Source of the DNA: an uncultured Isosphaeraceae bacterium
Lineage (GTDB): Bacteria > Planctomycetota > Phycisphaerae > Phycisphaerales > SM1A02
Reading direction: 5' to 3'
Length of the DNA stretch: 61,111 bases
Assembly: GCA_964483425.1 (NCBI GenBank)
Contig: CAZABE010000064.1
Span: 1 to 61,111, forward strand
Shown: positions 46,269-55,021 of the stretch, in pieces
Layout of the letters: every line of letters begins with the position of its first letter
Numbering within the stretch: position 1 is the stretch's first letter
Translations under genes and position numbers: made by a program
The notes under the pieces: model-generated
What the model was told of the DNA's origin: nothing
Database searches by the model: none
Seen by the model: the letters and a program-made list of their open reading frames with translations, nothing else

Positions 46269-46542
46269 GCGTGGCTTGCCACCCTTTTTGCGAATGTCGC
46301 AATTATACAGATGGCGTTACCAAGGTCTCAGTCGCATATTCGCGGCGCAGCGGAAGGAGTTTACCGTTGCAAGAAGATGAAGAAGAGGCCCAGCAGCACT
46401 GACTGATCCTAATTGGGATGGCTCAGGAAAGCTTGGGCTAAAAAGTGTTCGTTAATTAAACAAAGTAATAGAACCCACCACGCGTGTGTTGGGTGTTGGG
46501 GTATCAAAAGATAGGACCTTTTGGTCTAACTGGTAAAGAATT

Positions 46543-48657
46543 ATGGCAGCAAGAGATTTAAAATACGTAAGAAACATAGGCATTTGCGCACATATCGACG
46601 CAGGTAAAACGACTGTTACTGAACGTGTTCTGTACTACACTGGCAAAAGTTACAAGATTGGCGAAGTGCACGAAGGAACCGCAACAATGGACTTCCTCGA
46701 GGAAGAACAAGAGCGTGGTATTACTATTCAGTCAGCAGCAACAACTTGCCCATGGGATTACAACGGTCAAGAATACACTGTTAATCTTATCGATACTCCG
46801 GGGCACGTTGACTTTACCATCGAAGTAGAACGCTCAATGCGAGTCCTAGATGGAGCGGTCGCTGTTTTTGACGGTAAGGAAGGTGTTGAAGCACAGTCAG
46901 AGACCGTCTGGCGCCAAGCAGACAGGTACAACGTACCGCGACTTTGTCTTATCAACAAGATGGATAAAATCGGTGCGGACTTTGAATTCAGTTTTGGAAC
47001 TTTAAGAGAACGCCTCGGTGCGAATGCTATCGCTGTTCAACTTCCTATTGGTGCGGGCGACAATTTCGAAGGTATCGTTGACCTTATCGAAATGAAAGCT
47101 TATTACTTTGACAGCGGTGACATGGGTTCGGTAGTTGAACAACGTGACATTCCTGATGACATGAAAGAAATGGCAGAAATCTGGCGCCATGACATCATCG
47201 AACGGATTGCTGAACTCGATGACGAGTTAACCGAACTTTACCTTGAAGATGAATCAGCAATTACAGAAGGGCAACTCAAAGCAGCGCTACGCCGCGCGAC
47301 GATTGAGATGCGAGCCTTCCCAACTTACTGCGGATCTGCACTTAAAAATATAGGTGTTCAAAGAGTACTCAACGGTGTAATTGAATATCTTCCAAATCCA
47401 ACTGAAGTTCCTGACGTGCAGGGGACAAACCCTAAGGATAAAAATGAAAAATTGTCAAGACCAAGTAGCGAAGATGCACCATTTTCTGGCTTGGTTTTCA
47501 AAGTTGTAAGTGACTCACATGGCGATTTAACTTATGTTCGAGTTTACTCAGGCAAACTTGAAAAAGGAAGCCGAGTTTTAAATCCCGGAAACGGTAGAAA
47601 AGAAAACGTATCTAGAATTTACGAAATGCACGCAAAAGATCGCCAAGCCCTAGATTTTGCGGGTGCCGGTTCAATCGTTGCTGTAATTGGTCTCAAGAAC
47701 TCAGTAACTGGCGACACGCTTTGTGAAACAAACGATCCAATTATTCTTGAACGTATGCATTTTCCAGATCCAGTTATTTCAATGTCAATCGAGCCAATTA
47801 CAAACGATGACAAGAAGAAACTTGGAGAAGCGCTTACGACTATTCGTAGAGAAGACCCTTCATTCCATGCGAATTACAATGATGAGACGGGTGAAACAAT
47901 TATTTCAGGTATGGGAGAGTTGCATCTTGAAATCGTCAAAAACAAACTTACAAGAGATCTAAAAATTGGTGTAAATGTAGGTCAGCCACGCGTTTCATAT
48001 CGTGAAACAATCACTGGAATCGCTGAAAATGTTCGTGGTAAATTCGTAAAACAATCTGGTGGACGTGGTCAGTTCGGTGACGTTGTCATGAACGTTAAGC
48101 CGATTACTGTAAAAGAAGCAGAAGAACAAGAACTTGTCATGAAGAATGGCATTGTGTTTGTAGACACAATCACACACGGTTCTATTCCGCGCGATTACAT
48201 CCCTTCAGTTCAACATGGCGTTCGAAATGCATCATCCTCAGGTATTCTTGGTGGTTATCCTATGGTGAACGTTTGTTGCGAACTTATTGATGGTTCGTAC
48301 CACGAAGTTGATTCAAGCCAAGTAGCGTTTGAGCAAGCAGGAGCTCTCGGATTTAGAGAGGCGTGCACAAAAGCGGGTCTTGCATTACTCGAACCGATTA
48401 TGAAAGTAATCATTACAACTCCTGATGAATTCTTTGGCGCTGTTAGCGGTGACCTTTCAAGCCGCCGTGGTCAAATTAACGATTCTGAACTTCGCGGCGT
48501 AGTGCGAATTATCAATGCCGAAGTTCCACTCTCCGAAATGTTCGGGTACACAACTGTGCTCCGTGGTATGACCCAAGGTCGCGCTTCAAGCACAATGGAA
48601 CCCTCTGAATATCGATTAATGCCCGAAAACCTCAAAAAGGAAGTGCTCAAGGCATAA
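46543..48657 (+). CDS. fusA: elongation factor G
   Basis: Motifs [17 protein letters not shown] and NKMD, with domains II-V of typical length (704 aa). Confidence 0.95.
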   Translation: MAARDLKYVRNIGICAHIDAGKTTVTERVLYYTGKSYKIGEVHEGTATMDFLEEEQERGITIQSAATTCPWDYNGQEYTVNLIDTPGHVDFTIEVERSMRVLDGAVAVFDGKEGVEAQSETVWRQADRYNVPRLCLINKMDKIGADFEFSFGTLRERLGANAIAVQLPIGAGDNFEGIVDLIEMKAYYFDSGDMGSVVEQRDIPDDMKEMAEIWRHDIIERIAELDDELTELYLEDESAITEGQLKAALRRATIEMRAFPTYCGSALKNIGVQRVLNGVIEYLPNPTEVPDVQGTNPKDKNEKLSRPSSEDAPFSGLVFKVVSDSHGDLTYVRVYSGKLEKGSRVLNPGNGRKENVSRIYEMHAKDRQALDFAGAGSIVAVIGLKNSVTGDTLCETNDPIILERMHFPDPVISMSIEPITNDDKKKLGEALTTIRREDPSFHANYNDETGETIISGMGELHLEIVKNKLTRDLKIGVNVGQPRVSYRETITGIAENVRGKFVKQSGGRGQFGDVVMNVKPITVKEAEEQELVMKNGIVFVDTITHGSIPRDYIPSVQHGVRNASSSGILGGYPMVNVCCELIDGSYHEVDSSQVAFEQAGALGFREACTKAGLALLEPIMKVIITTPDEFFGAVSGDLSSRRGQINDSELRGVVRIINAEVPLSEMFGYTTVLRGMTQGRASSTMEPSEYRLMPENLKKEVLKA

Positions 48658-48681
48658 TCCATAAATAAACCCCTAACCACG

Positions 48682-48704
48682 AAAACAATCCCGTAGGTCG
48701 TTTA
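48682..48704. repeat. degenerate palindromic element copy (aaaacaatcccgtaggtcgttta)
   Basis: Same arms as the family; the core is mutated to CCCGTAGG. A half copy accgcgggtcgtttc follows. Confidence 0.6.
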
Positions 48705-48707
48705 ACC

Positions 48708-48733
48708 GCGGGTCGTTTCTCGCTTTATTTTTT
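48708..48733 (+). terminator. candidate rho-independent terminator of fusA
   Basis: gcggg-tcgttt-ctcgc stem (5 bp including one G-T pair) followed by tttatttttt. Confidence 0.45.
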
Positions 48734-48838
48734 GCCGCGGAGACGCGAAGGCGCGGAGATATGATTTGGGTAGTCAGTTCATAAACCAAAATGTATTTCT
48801 ACGTTTCTCTGTGTCTCTGTGGCGACTTTTTCTTACCC

Positions 48839-48862
48839 TAAACAATCCTGCGGGAAAGTTTA
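48839..48862. repeat. palindromic element copy (taaacaatcctgcgggaaagttta)
   Basis: Differs from the 30990 copy by one base in the core (CCTGCGGG). Confidence 0.75.
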
Positions 48863-48927
48863 TTGATTTCTAACGACAGTCACTTAGAAATACACTTTGA
48901 AAGGTTTTGATATAGGCTGTACGACTC

Positions 48928-49992
48928 ATGCCCACTAATGCTGACATCTCAATGCTCCACCAAGCAACACGACTTGCAGTTAAAGGACATGGCTCAGTAG
49001 AGCCAAATCCGATGGTTGGATGCATCATTACGAATGACAAAGGTGAAATTATAGGTGATGGATATCATGAAAAATACGGCGAGGAACACGCTGAAGTAAA
49101 CGCGTTAACCATGGCTGGGAACGCTGCAAAAGGCGGTACCGCGTATGTAACGCTTGAGCCATGTAATCATCAGGGGAAAACGCCGCCTTGTACCAAGGCA
49201 CTACTGGAAGCAGGTATACAACGCGTTGTCATTGGTGCTTGTGATCCACACGAAGAAGCAAGTGGTGGAACTGATTTTTTAAGAGAACAGGGTGTCATAG
49301 TAGATATTTTACATGATGCTTTTTGCAATGAAATCATCGCACCATTTGTATATAGGATAAAAACTGGGCTCCCATGGGTCACTTGTAAATGGGCACAAAC
49401 AATCGATGGAAGCCTAGAAACTCCTCAAAGCGAATCCAATTGGATAAGTTGCAAGGAGAGCCAGCAACTCGTCCACGAAGAACGTGGCTGCGTTGATGCT
49501 ATTGTCGTTGGTGTTGGCACTGTCGTTGCTGACAATCCATCCTTAACCGCACGTGGCACAAATAAATACAGAACCCCACTGCGGGTAGTTGTTGACCCAT
49601 CTCTTCGCACACCACCAAATTCAAAAATACTCAATCAGGATGCGCCAACACTCATAGCCCACGCAAGTGGAGCAAACACAGCATCATTTACTTCTTGTGA
49701 ACTCTTAGAACTACCATCCAAAGATGGTGAACTTAATCTTATTCCTTTGTTTGAGCATCTTGTTACAAAGTACGACGCTACAAATATCATCGTTGAGGGT
49801 GGAGCAACTCTCTTCAAACACATTTTCGCCCAAAACCTTGCTAACGAACTTTGGGTATTCACGGCAGAAAGTAAATCGACATTCACTCCAAAAATTAACA
49901 TGAACACCCTTGTCGAATCTATCTCAACAAACATCCTTGGCGAACAACCATGCGGTGTCGACACGGTCAAAAGATTTTCTATCAACAATTAA
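48928..49992 (+). CDS. ribD: bifunctional riboflavin biosynthesis deaminase/reductase
   Basis: CMP/dCMP deaminase zinc motifs HAEVNAL and TLEPCNHQGKTPPC; C-terminal reductase domain. Confidence 0.9.
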   Translation: MPTNADISMLHQATRLAVKGHGSVEPNPMVGCIITNDKGEIIGDGYHEKYGEEHAEVNALTMAGNAAKGGTAYVTLEPCNHQGKTPPCTKALLEAGIQRVVIGACDPHEEASGGTDFLREQGVIVDILHDAFCNEIIAPFVYRIKTGLPWVTCKWAQTIDGSLETPQSESNWISCKESQQLVHEERGCVDAIVVGVGTVVADNPSLTARGTNKYRTPLRVVVDPSLRTPPNSKILNQDAPTLIAHASGANTASFTSCELLELPSKDGELNLIPLFEHLVTKYDATNIIVEGGATLFKHIFAQNLANELWVFTAESKSTFTPKINMNTLVESISTNILGEQPCGVDTVKRFSINN

Positions 49993-50007
49993 TAAATCTA
50001 TAGTTTA

Positions 50008-51303
50008 TTAATTTTGGAAGGGTGCAAGCGCCTTACCAGATTCTGATGGGTGGAGCCTAAGCACATTATCTCCATTTTCAAGAATCCACTGTTCTGATTC
50101 ATCCAGCGCTATTCGAACGGTATCTAGAGGAGATAAGTCATAACCAACAAGAGTAACGGTAGCGATTTCAAGATTAAGTGGGAATGGACTTATTGCTACC
50201 GAAACAGGATTTCCTTCAAGTATCCAATGAAGCAACGAATTTATCTCAGCGCTGTCCACGGGAATATCGTTTTCGCCAACCCACCGATCTAGGTTTCTTG
50301 TCACCTGAATTTCTTTTCCGCCTGTACGAATGATTACTTGTTTCACATCAAATTTAGATACTGAACTCCCAGTTGAGTCCACAAACATTTCGGGAACAGG
50401 AAACAATTGATTCAAGGCATCCATCGTCATTCTAAAAACAACAGGGCTTCCATCAAACATAACGTACCTATCTTGTGAACCAGCAGCAACGCGTCCACCA
50501 ATCAATAAAGTTCTTTTCACACCGTTCCCTGTTGTTGTAGCAAATGTTGCAGTAGGAACCTCAAGCCCAAAAGGAGTAAGATTAGTGGGCTCATCAATCA
50601 CGTACATCCCAACACGAGCGGCTGCTAGTTTACCCACCCACTCCGTTAACATATCTTGGTTTAATCTCGCGGGTACTGGCTCAAGCATTTCCCAGCGACC
50701 TTGAATTCTCTTAAGAACCAGCCGATCACCTTGAACATCGCGCTCTATTAGTTCACCATCAATTGCAAAATCGGGGAATAGCCGAACATCTCTCCATAAA
50801 CGATGGTCCATATCGATTGCCCTTCTGTGCAACGATTGTCCAACCAATACAGGTTCACCCTTTTGTAATTTGGCGTATCCCCTACCACCTAATGTCTTTC
50901 TTCCAAGGATGACACGTACTCTATCTATTCCATCGAACAATTCAATGTAATTGCTTTCAGCATCAAGACCCAATACATCATCGGATGTATCTTTAGTCAG
51001 TGTACCTAGAACTTGTAGCCCTTGCACACTTTCAATCAGAGCAGTCATCGATGATGGATCCATAGTTTGTGGAAATGGAGTTACTTGATTCCAAGACCCG
51101 TCAATTAATGAGAACACAAATGTTTGATTATCTCTATCGACGGTAATTTCTTGAACTGCATCAAAACGTAGAGATTGTTTATCAACAAGAGTTTCAACTA
51201 ATAAACTGGTACCCGTTTGTGAGGTTGACCGCAAACTCAACGCAGTCCCAAGAGAAAGAATCGTAACTACAAATAGAATAACTATGTCCCGCTTTGGAAT
51301 CAT
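50008..51303 (-). CDS. DUF4340-like protein, accessory to the GldG-like ABC module
   Basis: ATG 51303 forms an ATGA overlap with the upstream stop and gives MIPKRDIVILFVVTILSLG (N-terminal TM). The call rests on position downstream of the GldG-like gene. Confidence 0.5.
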   Translation of the reverse strand: MIPKRDIVILFVVTILSLGTALSLRSTSQTGTSLLVETLVDKQSLRFDAVQEITVDRDNQTFVFSLIDGSWNQVTPFPQTMDPSSMTALIESVQGLQVLGTLTKDTSDDVLGLDAESNYIELFDGIDRVRVILGRKTLGGRGYAKLQKGEPVLVGQSLHRRAIDMDHRLWRDVRLFPDFAIDGELIERDVQGDRLVLKRIQGRWEMLEPVPARLNQDMLTEWVGKLAAARVGMYVIDEPTNLTPFGLEVPTATFATTTGNGVKRTLLIGGRVAAGSQDRYVMFDGSPVVFRMTMDALNQLFPVPEMFVDSTGSSVSKFDVKQVIIRTGGKEIQVTRNLDRWVGENDIPVDSAEINSLLHWILEGNPVSVAISPFPLNLEIATVTLVGYDLSPLDTVRIALDESEQWILENGDNVLRLHPSESGKALAPFQN

Positions 51304-53981
51304 CCTCTTCCCCTTCGCACTGAAGTCACAATTGTTGAAATAATTAAGAGAGATGGCATTCCAAAGATTAGAACCAATGACCAAATTAAATAAGATGTTT
51401 GTGATAAACCTTCAACTCTACTTGACTGGTTACCTAATGGACTCGCGGCTATCCATTCATCTAAGCCAGACAGCCACTCTACAGAAGAAAGCAAAAATTC
51501 ACTATTTCCGGGGTTAACCATGGCAACCTGATTTCCCCCAAGTGAAATCGCTCTGTCTGCTGCCCAAGTCAGCATCCAGCCACCAGACCCAACAACAATC
51601 GCTCTTGCATCGCCATGATGCTCGATTGCAGTTGCAACTTGTACTGGTTTATCTATGTAATCTTTGCTCGATTTTGTTAACGACTCGGACTCCCACTCTG
51701 ACTCCATCCATCTATCTTCCGAGGGTTGAATTTCAATCAGCGTTTGTCCACCCTCTACTTCAATTGGAAATGGTAGAAACAACTGTAGCCCATCGATTGA
51801 ACGAGAAATTAAGTGGTTGCCATTCATTTCATGTATTAACTGTGTCTTTTGAACATCTAATTGGTTTGGACCAACCGCAACTTGTTCGACAAGGACTTGC
51901 TTCGTATCGGCTTCAACACCAATCGTCCTAACCAATTCAGCCCATGGATCTTTTTGGCCATATCTTGGCAATAAACTTGGTTGAAGATTAATCATAACTG
52001 ACTCATTGCCAAACAATAATCCATTGGTAGCATCAAGAAGTGCTTGTTCCCTATTAGATGGAGTTAAACCAGCCCTGCTCGAAGGAGGAATCACAACCCA
52101 AACAACTGGTCCGTTGCCGACATCTGGTCTAACTCCATCAAATGGAATCCATTCTTTGACTTTGATTCTGCTTGATTCCAATAAACCTCTTGCTGCCCAT
52201 AGATCTACATTATTAGACCGTTGCCTAAGCATAGAGCCCTCTTCACTGTGAACGAAAACTACAGTTGGCAGATGTAAAGATTGCAAAGAACGCATCGCTG
52301 ACGAAATAATATGTTCACCACGAAAACGTTGATCTGTTTCAATTGTTTGCTGGTTAGCAATCCTCTTCGGAAATACTACACTTGCAGGAATCATTAACGC
52401 TCGGTTCGAAGACATAATGATTGTCCCTTCACCTGAAGCCATTTGCATTGCGAGTTGACCAAGTTCCAAGTCGCCTAGACGCCGTAAATTGTCATCAGCG
52501 TAAGCGAGTTTCTTTGCCATGGACTCAAACAAAGAAACCTTCGAAGCGCAAATTGTTGCAATCGAACTTGTTCTTCCCTTACTAAGCCACCACGCAACTT
52601 CTGATAGTTCCTGTGCCCACTGACCATTTGCAGCAACAAGTATGTCTCTCGCAATTGAAATTTGAGGTAGTGGCTGGCTAGCATCAACCTTCATCGCTTT
52701 ATCAACTTCTTTAAGAATTAAACCACCATCATTTCCAAGCAGCGCAAGTGACCCAGCCAGTGTTCTTAATGTTTCTTGTTCCTGTGTAGATGCTTCGATT
52801 GATGCAAGTGACTCTGCCCAAGTAGAAACACTTGAAGCAAATAGCATTAGTTCTTCGAATGAATCAATTCCCTCCTGAATCGCAAGTTCAGAGCGTTCTA
52901 ATTCATCACTGTAAATTGCGATTAACTCCCTCAACATCGAGTCATATTGCTCGATTGACAAAGGATCCGCGGGGTTAATACGTTCCACCTCAATCAGGTC
53001 CGATTCCTCTTGATATCGCCTTAAAACTTCGTCAACCTGTTTTAGTACAGATCTTGAAACAGTTTTGTCATCTAACAAAACAACAATTTTCCAGGGCTTT
53101 TCTATACTCTCAATAAGTTGTTGCGATTGTTCGCTAAGTGTGTAGGCACGGGTTCCCGTCGCATCAAATCGCCACCTTATGTTCGAATTCATAGCAATAA
53201 CATTTACCGAAACTAACGAAATCAACAACAAGATGGTACAAATCAATACTTGAGGAATCGAAACTCGGAATTTTTTTGTTTTGTTGATTGAGATGACCGT
53301 AACCCATCCCAAAAGCAAAATGATTGATAAAAAATACACGATGTTTGCTGAATCGATTAATCCAATGGTGAATTCACTTGTACGTAATTCTGGGTCCATC
53401 CCAAAAACAATATCTGCGAATCGAGTTGGGAGATAACTCGGCAAAACTTTTGTTGCTAAAGAAATCGTAAGCCAGAAAAAAGTAGTAACGAGATATGCAA
53501 CAGTTTGAGACGTGGTATTCGAAGAAACCACAAGGCCAGTACCTATGACTGCTCCACCTAACAATAACAATCCTAAATATCCACTTGCTAATGCCCCGTA
53601 GTCAACTGAAGAATAAAGTTCTAAAACAAAAATTAAAGGAATCGTAGTACATAAGACAAAAAACAAAAATACAAATGCAGCAAGAAACTTTCCTTTAGCA
53701 ATAGCAAACGCAGTAACCGGTGAAGACAATAATAATTCCCATGTGCCTACTCTTTTTTCTTCTGCAATCAATCGCATTGTTACTGCAGGGCAAAGAAACA
53801 ATATTAACCAAGAAGCGAAATCAAAAACTGGGTTCATGGTTGCTAGCCCACCTGGGCTAAGCACTCGTGCTGCAAAAACGATTCCACAAGTCAAAGAAAA
53901 CAATGATGCAACTATCGCTCCAGTTGGGACTATTAGTAGAGATCTTAAATCTTTACAAAGAATAGTAAAGAAGTGATTCAT
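51300..53981 (-). CDS. fused ABC-2 type permease (GldF-like) and GldG-like auxiliary domain protein
   Basis: The N-terminal ~235 aa have six TM segments typical of ABC-2 permeases. A large extracytoplasmic region follows, ending in a C-terminal TM (SYLIWSLVLIFGMPSLLIISTIV). Confidence 0.6.
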   Translation of the reverse strand: MNHFFTILCKDLRSLLIVPTGAIVASLFSLTCGIVFAARVLSPGGLATMNPVFDFASWLILFLCPAVTMRLIAEEKRVGTWELLLSSPVTAFAIAKGKFLAAFVFLFFVLCTTIPLIFVLELYSSVDYGALASGYLGLLLLGGAVIGTGLVVSSNTTSQTVAYLVTTFFWLTISLATKVLPSYLPTRFADIVFGMDPELRTSEFTIGLIDSANIVYFLSIILLLGWVTVISINKTKKFRVSIPQVLICTILLLISLVSVNVIAMNSNIRWRFDATGTRAYTLSEQSQQLIESIEKPWKIVVLLDDKTVSRSVLKQVDEVLRRYQEESDLIEVERINPADPLSIEQYDSMLRELIAIYSDELERSELAIQEGIDSFEELMLFASSVSTWAESLASIEASTQEQETLRTLAGSLALLGNDGGLILKEVDKAMKVDASQPLPQISIARDILVAANGQWAQELSEVAWWLSKGRTSSIATICASKVSLFESMAKKLAYADDNLRRLGDLELGQLAMQMASGEGTIIMSSNRALMIPASVVFPKRIANQQTIETDQRFRGEHIISSAMRSLQSLHLPTVVFVHSEEGSMLRQRSNNVDLWAARGLLESSRIKVKEWIPFDGVRPDVGNGPVVWVVIPPSSRAGLTPSNREQALLDATNGLLFGNESVMINLQPSLLPRYGQKDPWAELVRTIGVEADTKQVLVEQVAVGPNQLDVQKTQLIHEMNGNHLISRSIDGLQLFLPFPIEVEGGQTLIEIQPSEDRWMESEWESESLTKSSKDYIDKPVQVATAIEHHGDARAIVVGSGGWMLTWAADRAISLGGNQVAMVNPGNSEFLLSSVEWLSGLDEWIAASPLGNQSSRVEGLSQTSYLIWSLVLIFGMPSLLIISTIVTSVRRGRG

Positions 53982-54874
53982 GCTTTCTCCTCAGAGGAAT
54001 GAATGATTCTCAAATAATTGGTCTCTATTGAATCAGTAATAGGTTTAATCAACCGTATTTGTCCCCCGGCTTCTAATACTGAGGAGGCGACCTGTGCCGC
54101 GTCTCCACTCACAAAACATCTCACCCAATCACCCTCTAATTGTATGATTCCTGTGCCATCGATTTGGTTAACAATAGTACTAGGTGAAACCTCTACTAAT
54201 AAATCAGAACTTTCAGAACAAAGGTCACTTAAATCACCATCAAGAATTGCTTCCCCATGATTAATGATAGTAACAACATCACACGTAGATTCAACATCTG
54301 AAAGATGATGGGATGAATAGATAATAGCGGCGTGTTCTGAAAGTTCTTTTAGCAGTGAACGAAAAGAAGCATTCTGTTCTGGATCTAATCCAGTGGACGG
54401 TTCATCAAGCACAATCAACTTTGGAGTATGTACAAGCGCAGCCGCAAGTGCCACTCTCTGTTTATATCCGCGAGAAAGGGATGCAATAGGTTTACGCAAG
54501 ACATCCGAAATATCACACCTGTTTGCCCAGAGTGAAATTGCACTCGTACGCTTGTTTCCAGAAATACCAAACAGTGATGCTGTATGTTTTAAGAATTCGA
54601 CAGGCAACAACTCGTGTGGGAGAGGAGCGCCCTCTGGAACATATCCCAATAATTTCTTAGCAGACGTAGGATTTTTGGAGATGTCAAATCCATCAATTGT
54701 TACTGACCCACAAGTTGGTGCTAAGACACCACAAATCATCCGAATCGTGGTTGTTTTCCCTGCTCCATTTGGACCCAATAGGCCTCTAATTTGCCCAACT
54801 TCAACAGATAAGTCAAGGTTTTCAACAGCAACCTTAGAGCCAAATGTTTTACTTAGATTGTGTGTTTGCAGCAT
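53978..54874 (-). CDS. ABC transporter ATP-binding protein (GldA-like)
   Basis: Walker A GPNGAGKTT, signature LSRGYKQR, Walker B LIVLDEP. ATG 54874 (MLQTHNLSKTFG) preferred over TTG 54907. Confidence 0.85.
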   Translation of the reverse strand: MLQTHNLSKTFGSKVAVENLDLSVEVGQIRGLLGPNGAGKTTTIRMICGVLAPTCGSVTIDGFDISKNPTSAKKLLGYVPEGAPLPHELLPVEFLKHTASLFGISGNKRTSAISLWANRCDISDVLRKPIASLSRGYKQRVALAAALVHTPKLIVLDEPSTGLDPEQNASFRSLLKELSEHAAIIYSSHHLSDVESTCDVVTIINHGEAILDGDLSDLCSESSDLLVEVSPSTIVNQIDGTGIIQLEGDWVRCFVSGDAAQVASSVLEAGGQIRLIKPITDSIETNYLRIIHSSEEKA

Positions 54875-54963
54875 TGAAAGAGAGGAATCGTACAAAAGTA
54901 AGCGCAAAAGAGGGAATTTTTATCAAACTCCTTTCATTGTAAAGCCAAAAAGGGCAATTCTCC

Positions 54964-54983
54964 GATGCAATCGTGATTGCATC
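54964..54983. promoter_or_regulatory. perfect 9-2-9 palindrome gatgcaatc-gt-gattgcatc in a divergent promoter region
   Basis: Read directly. Lies between the ABC ATPase gene (minus strand) and the GAF-receiver gene (plus strand). Confidence 0.5.
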
Positions 54984-55021
54984 CCTCAAAAAAGAGGGTA
55001 CGCTTAGGGTACAGGAATTCT

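Noticed and set aside
46268-46406. Short leader peptides in the fusA leader (37-aa MRGLPPFL... and 31-aa MALPRSQSH...)
   Set aside because: Neither has a Shine-Dalgarno-like sequence, a recognisable family or any codon-usage argument available by eye. They are mentioned only as something ribosome profiling could test.
46269-46500. SRP RNA, 6S RNA, RNase P RNA or tmRNA in the fusA upstream region
   Set aside because: The segment cagcggaaggag superficially recalls the SRP domain IV GGAA loop. However, the flanking bases do not pair, and the other hallmark sequences (RNase P GAGGAAAGUCC, the tmRNA tRNA-like ends) are absent.
48658-48927. FMN riboswitch upstream of ribD
   Set aside because: None of the conserved FMN-element segments as I remember them is present; a covariance-model scan is still the decisive test.
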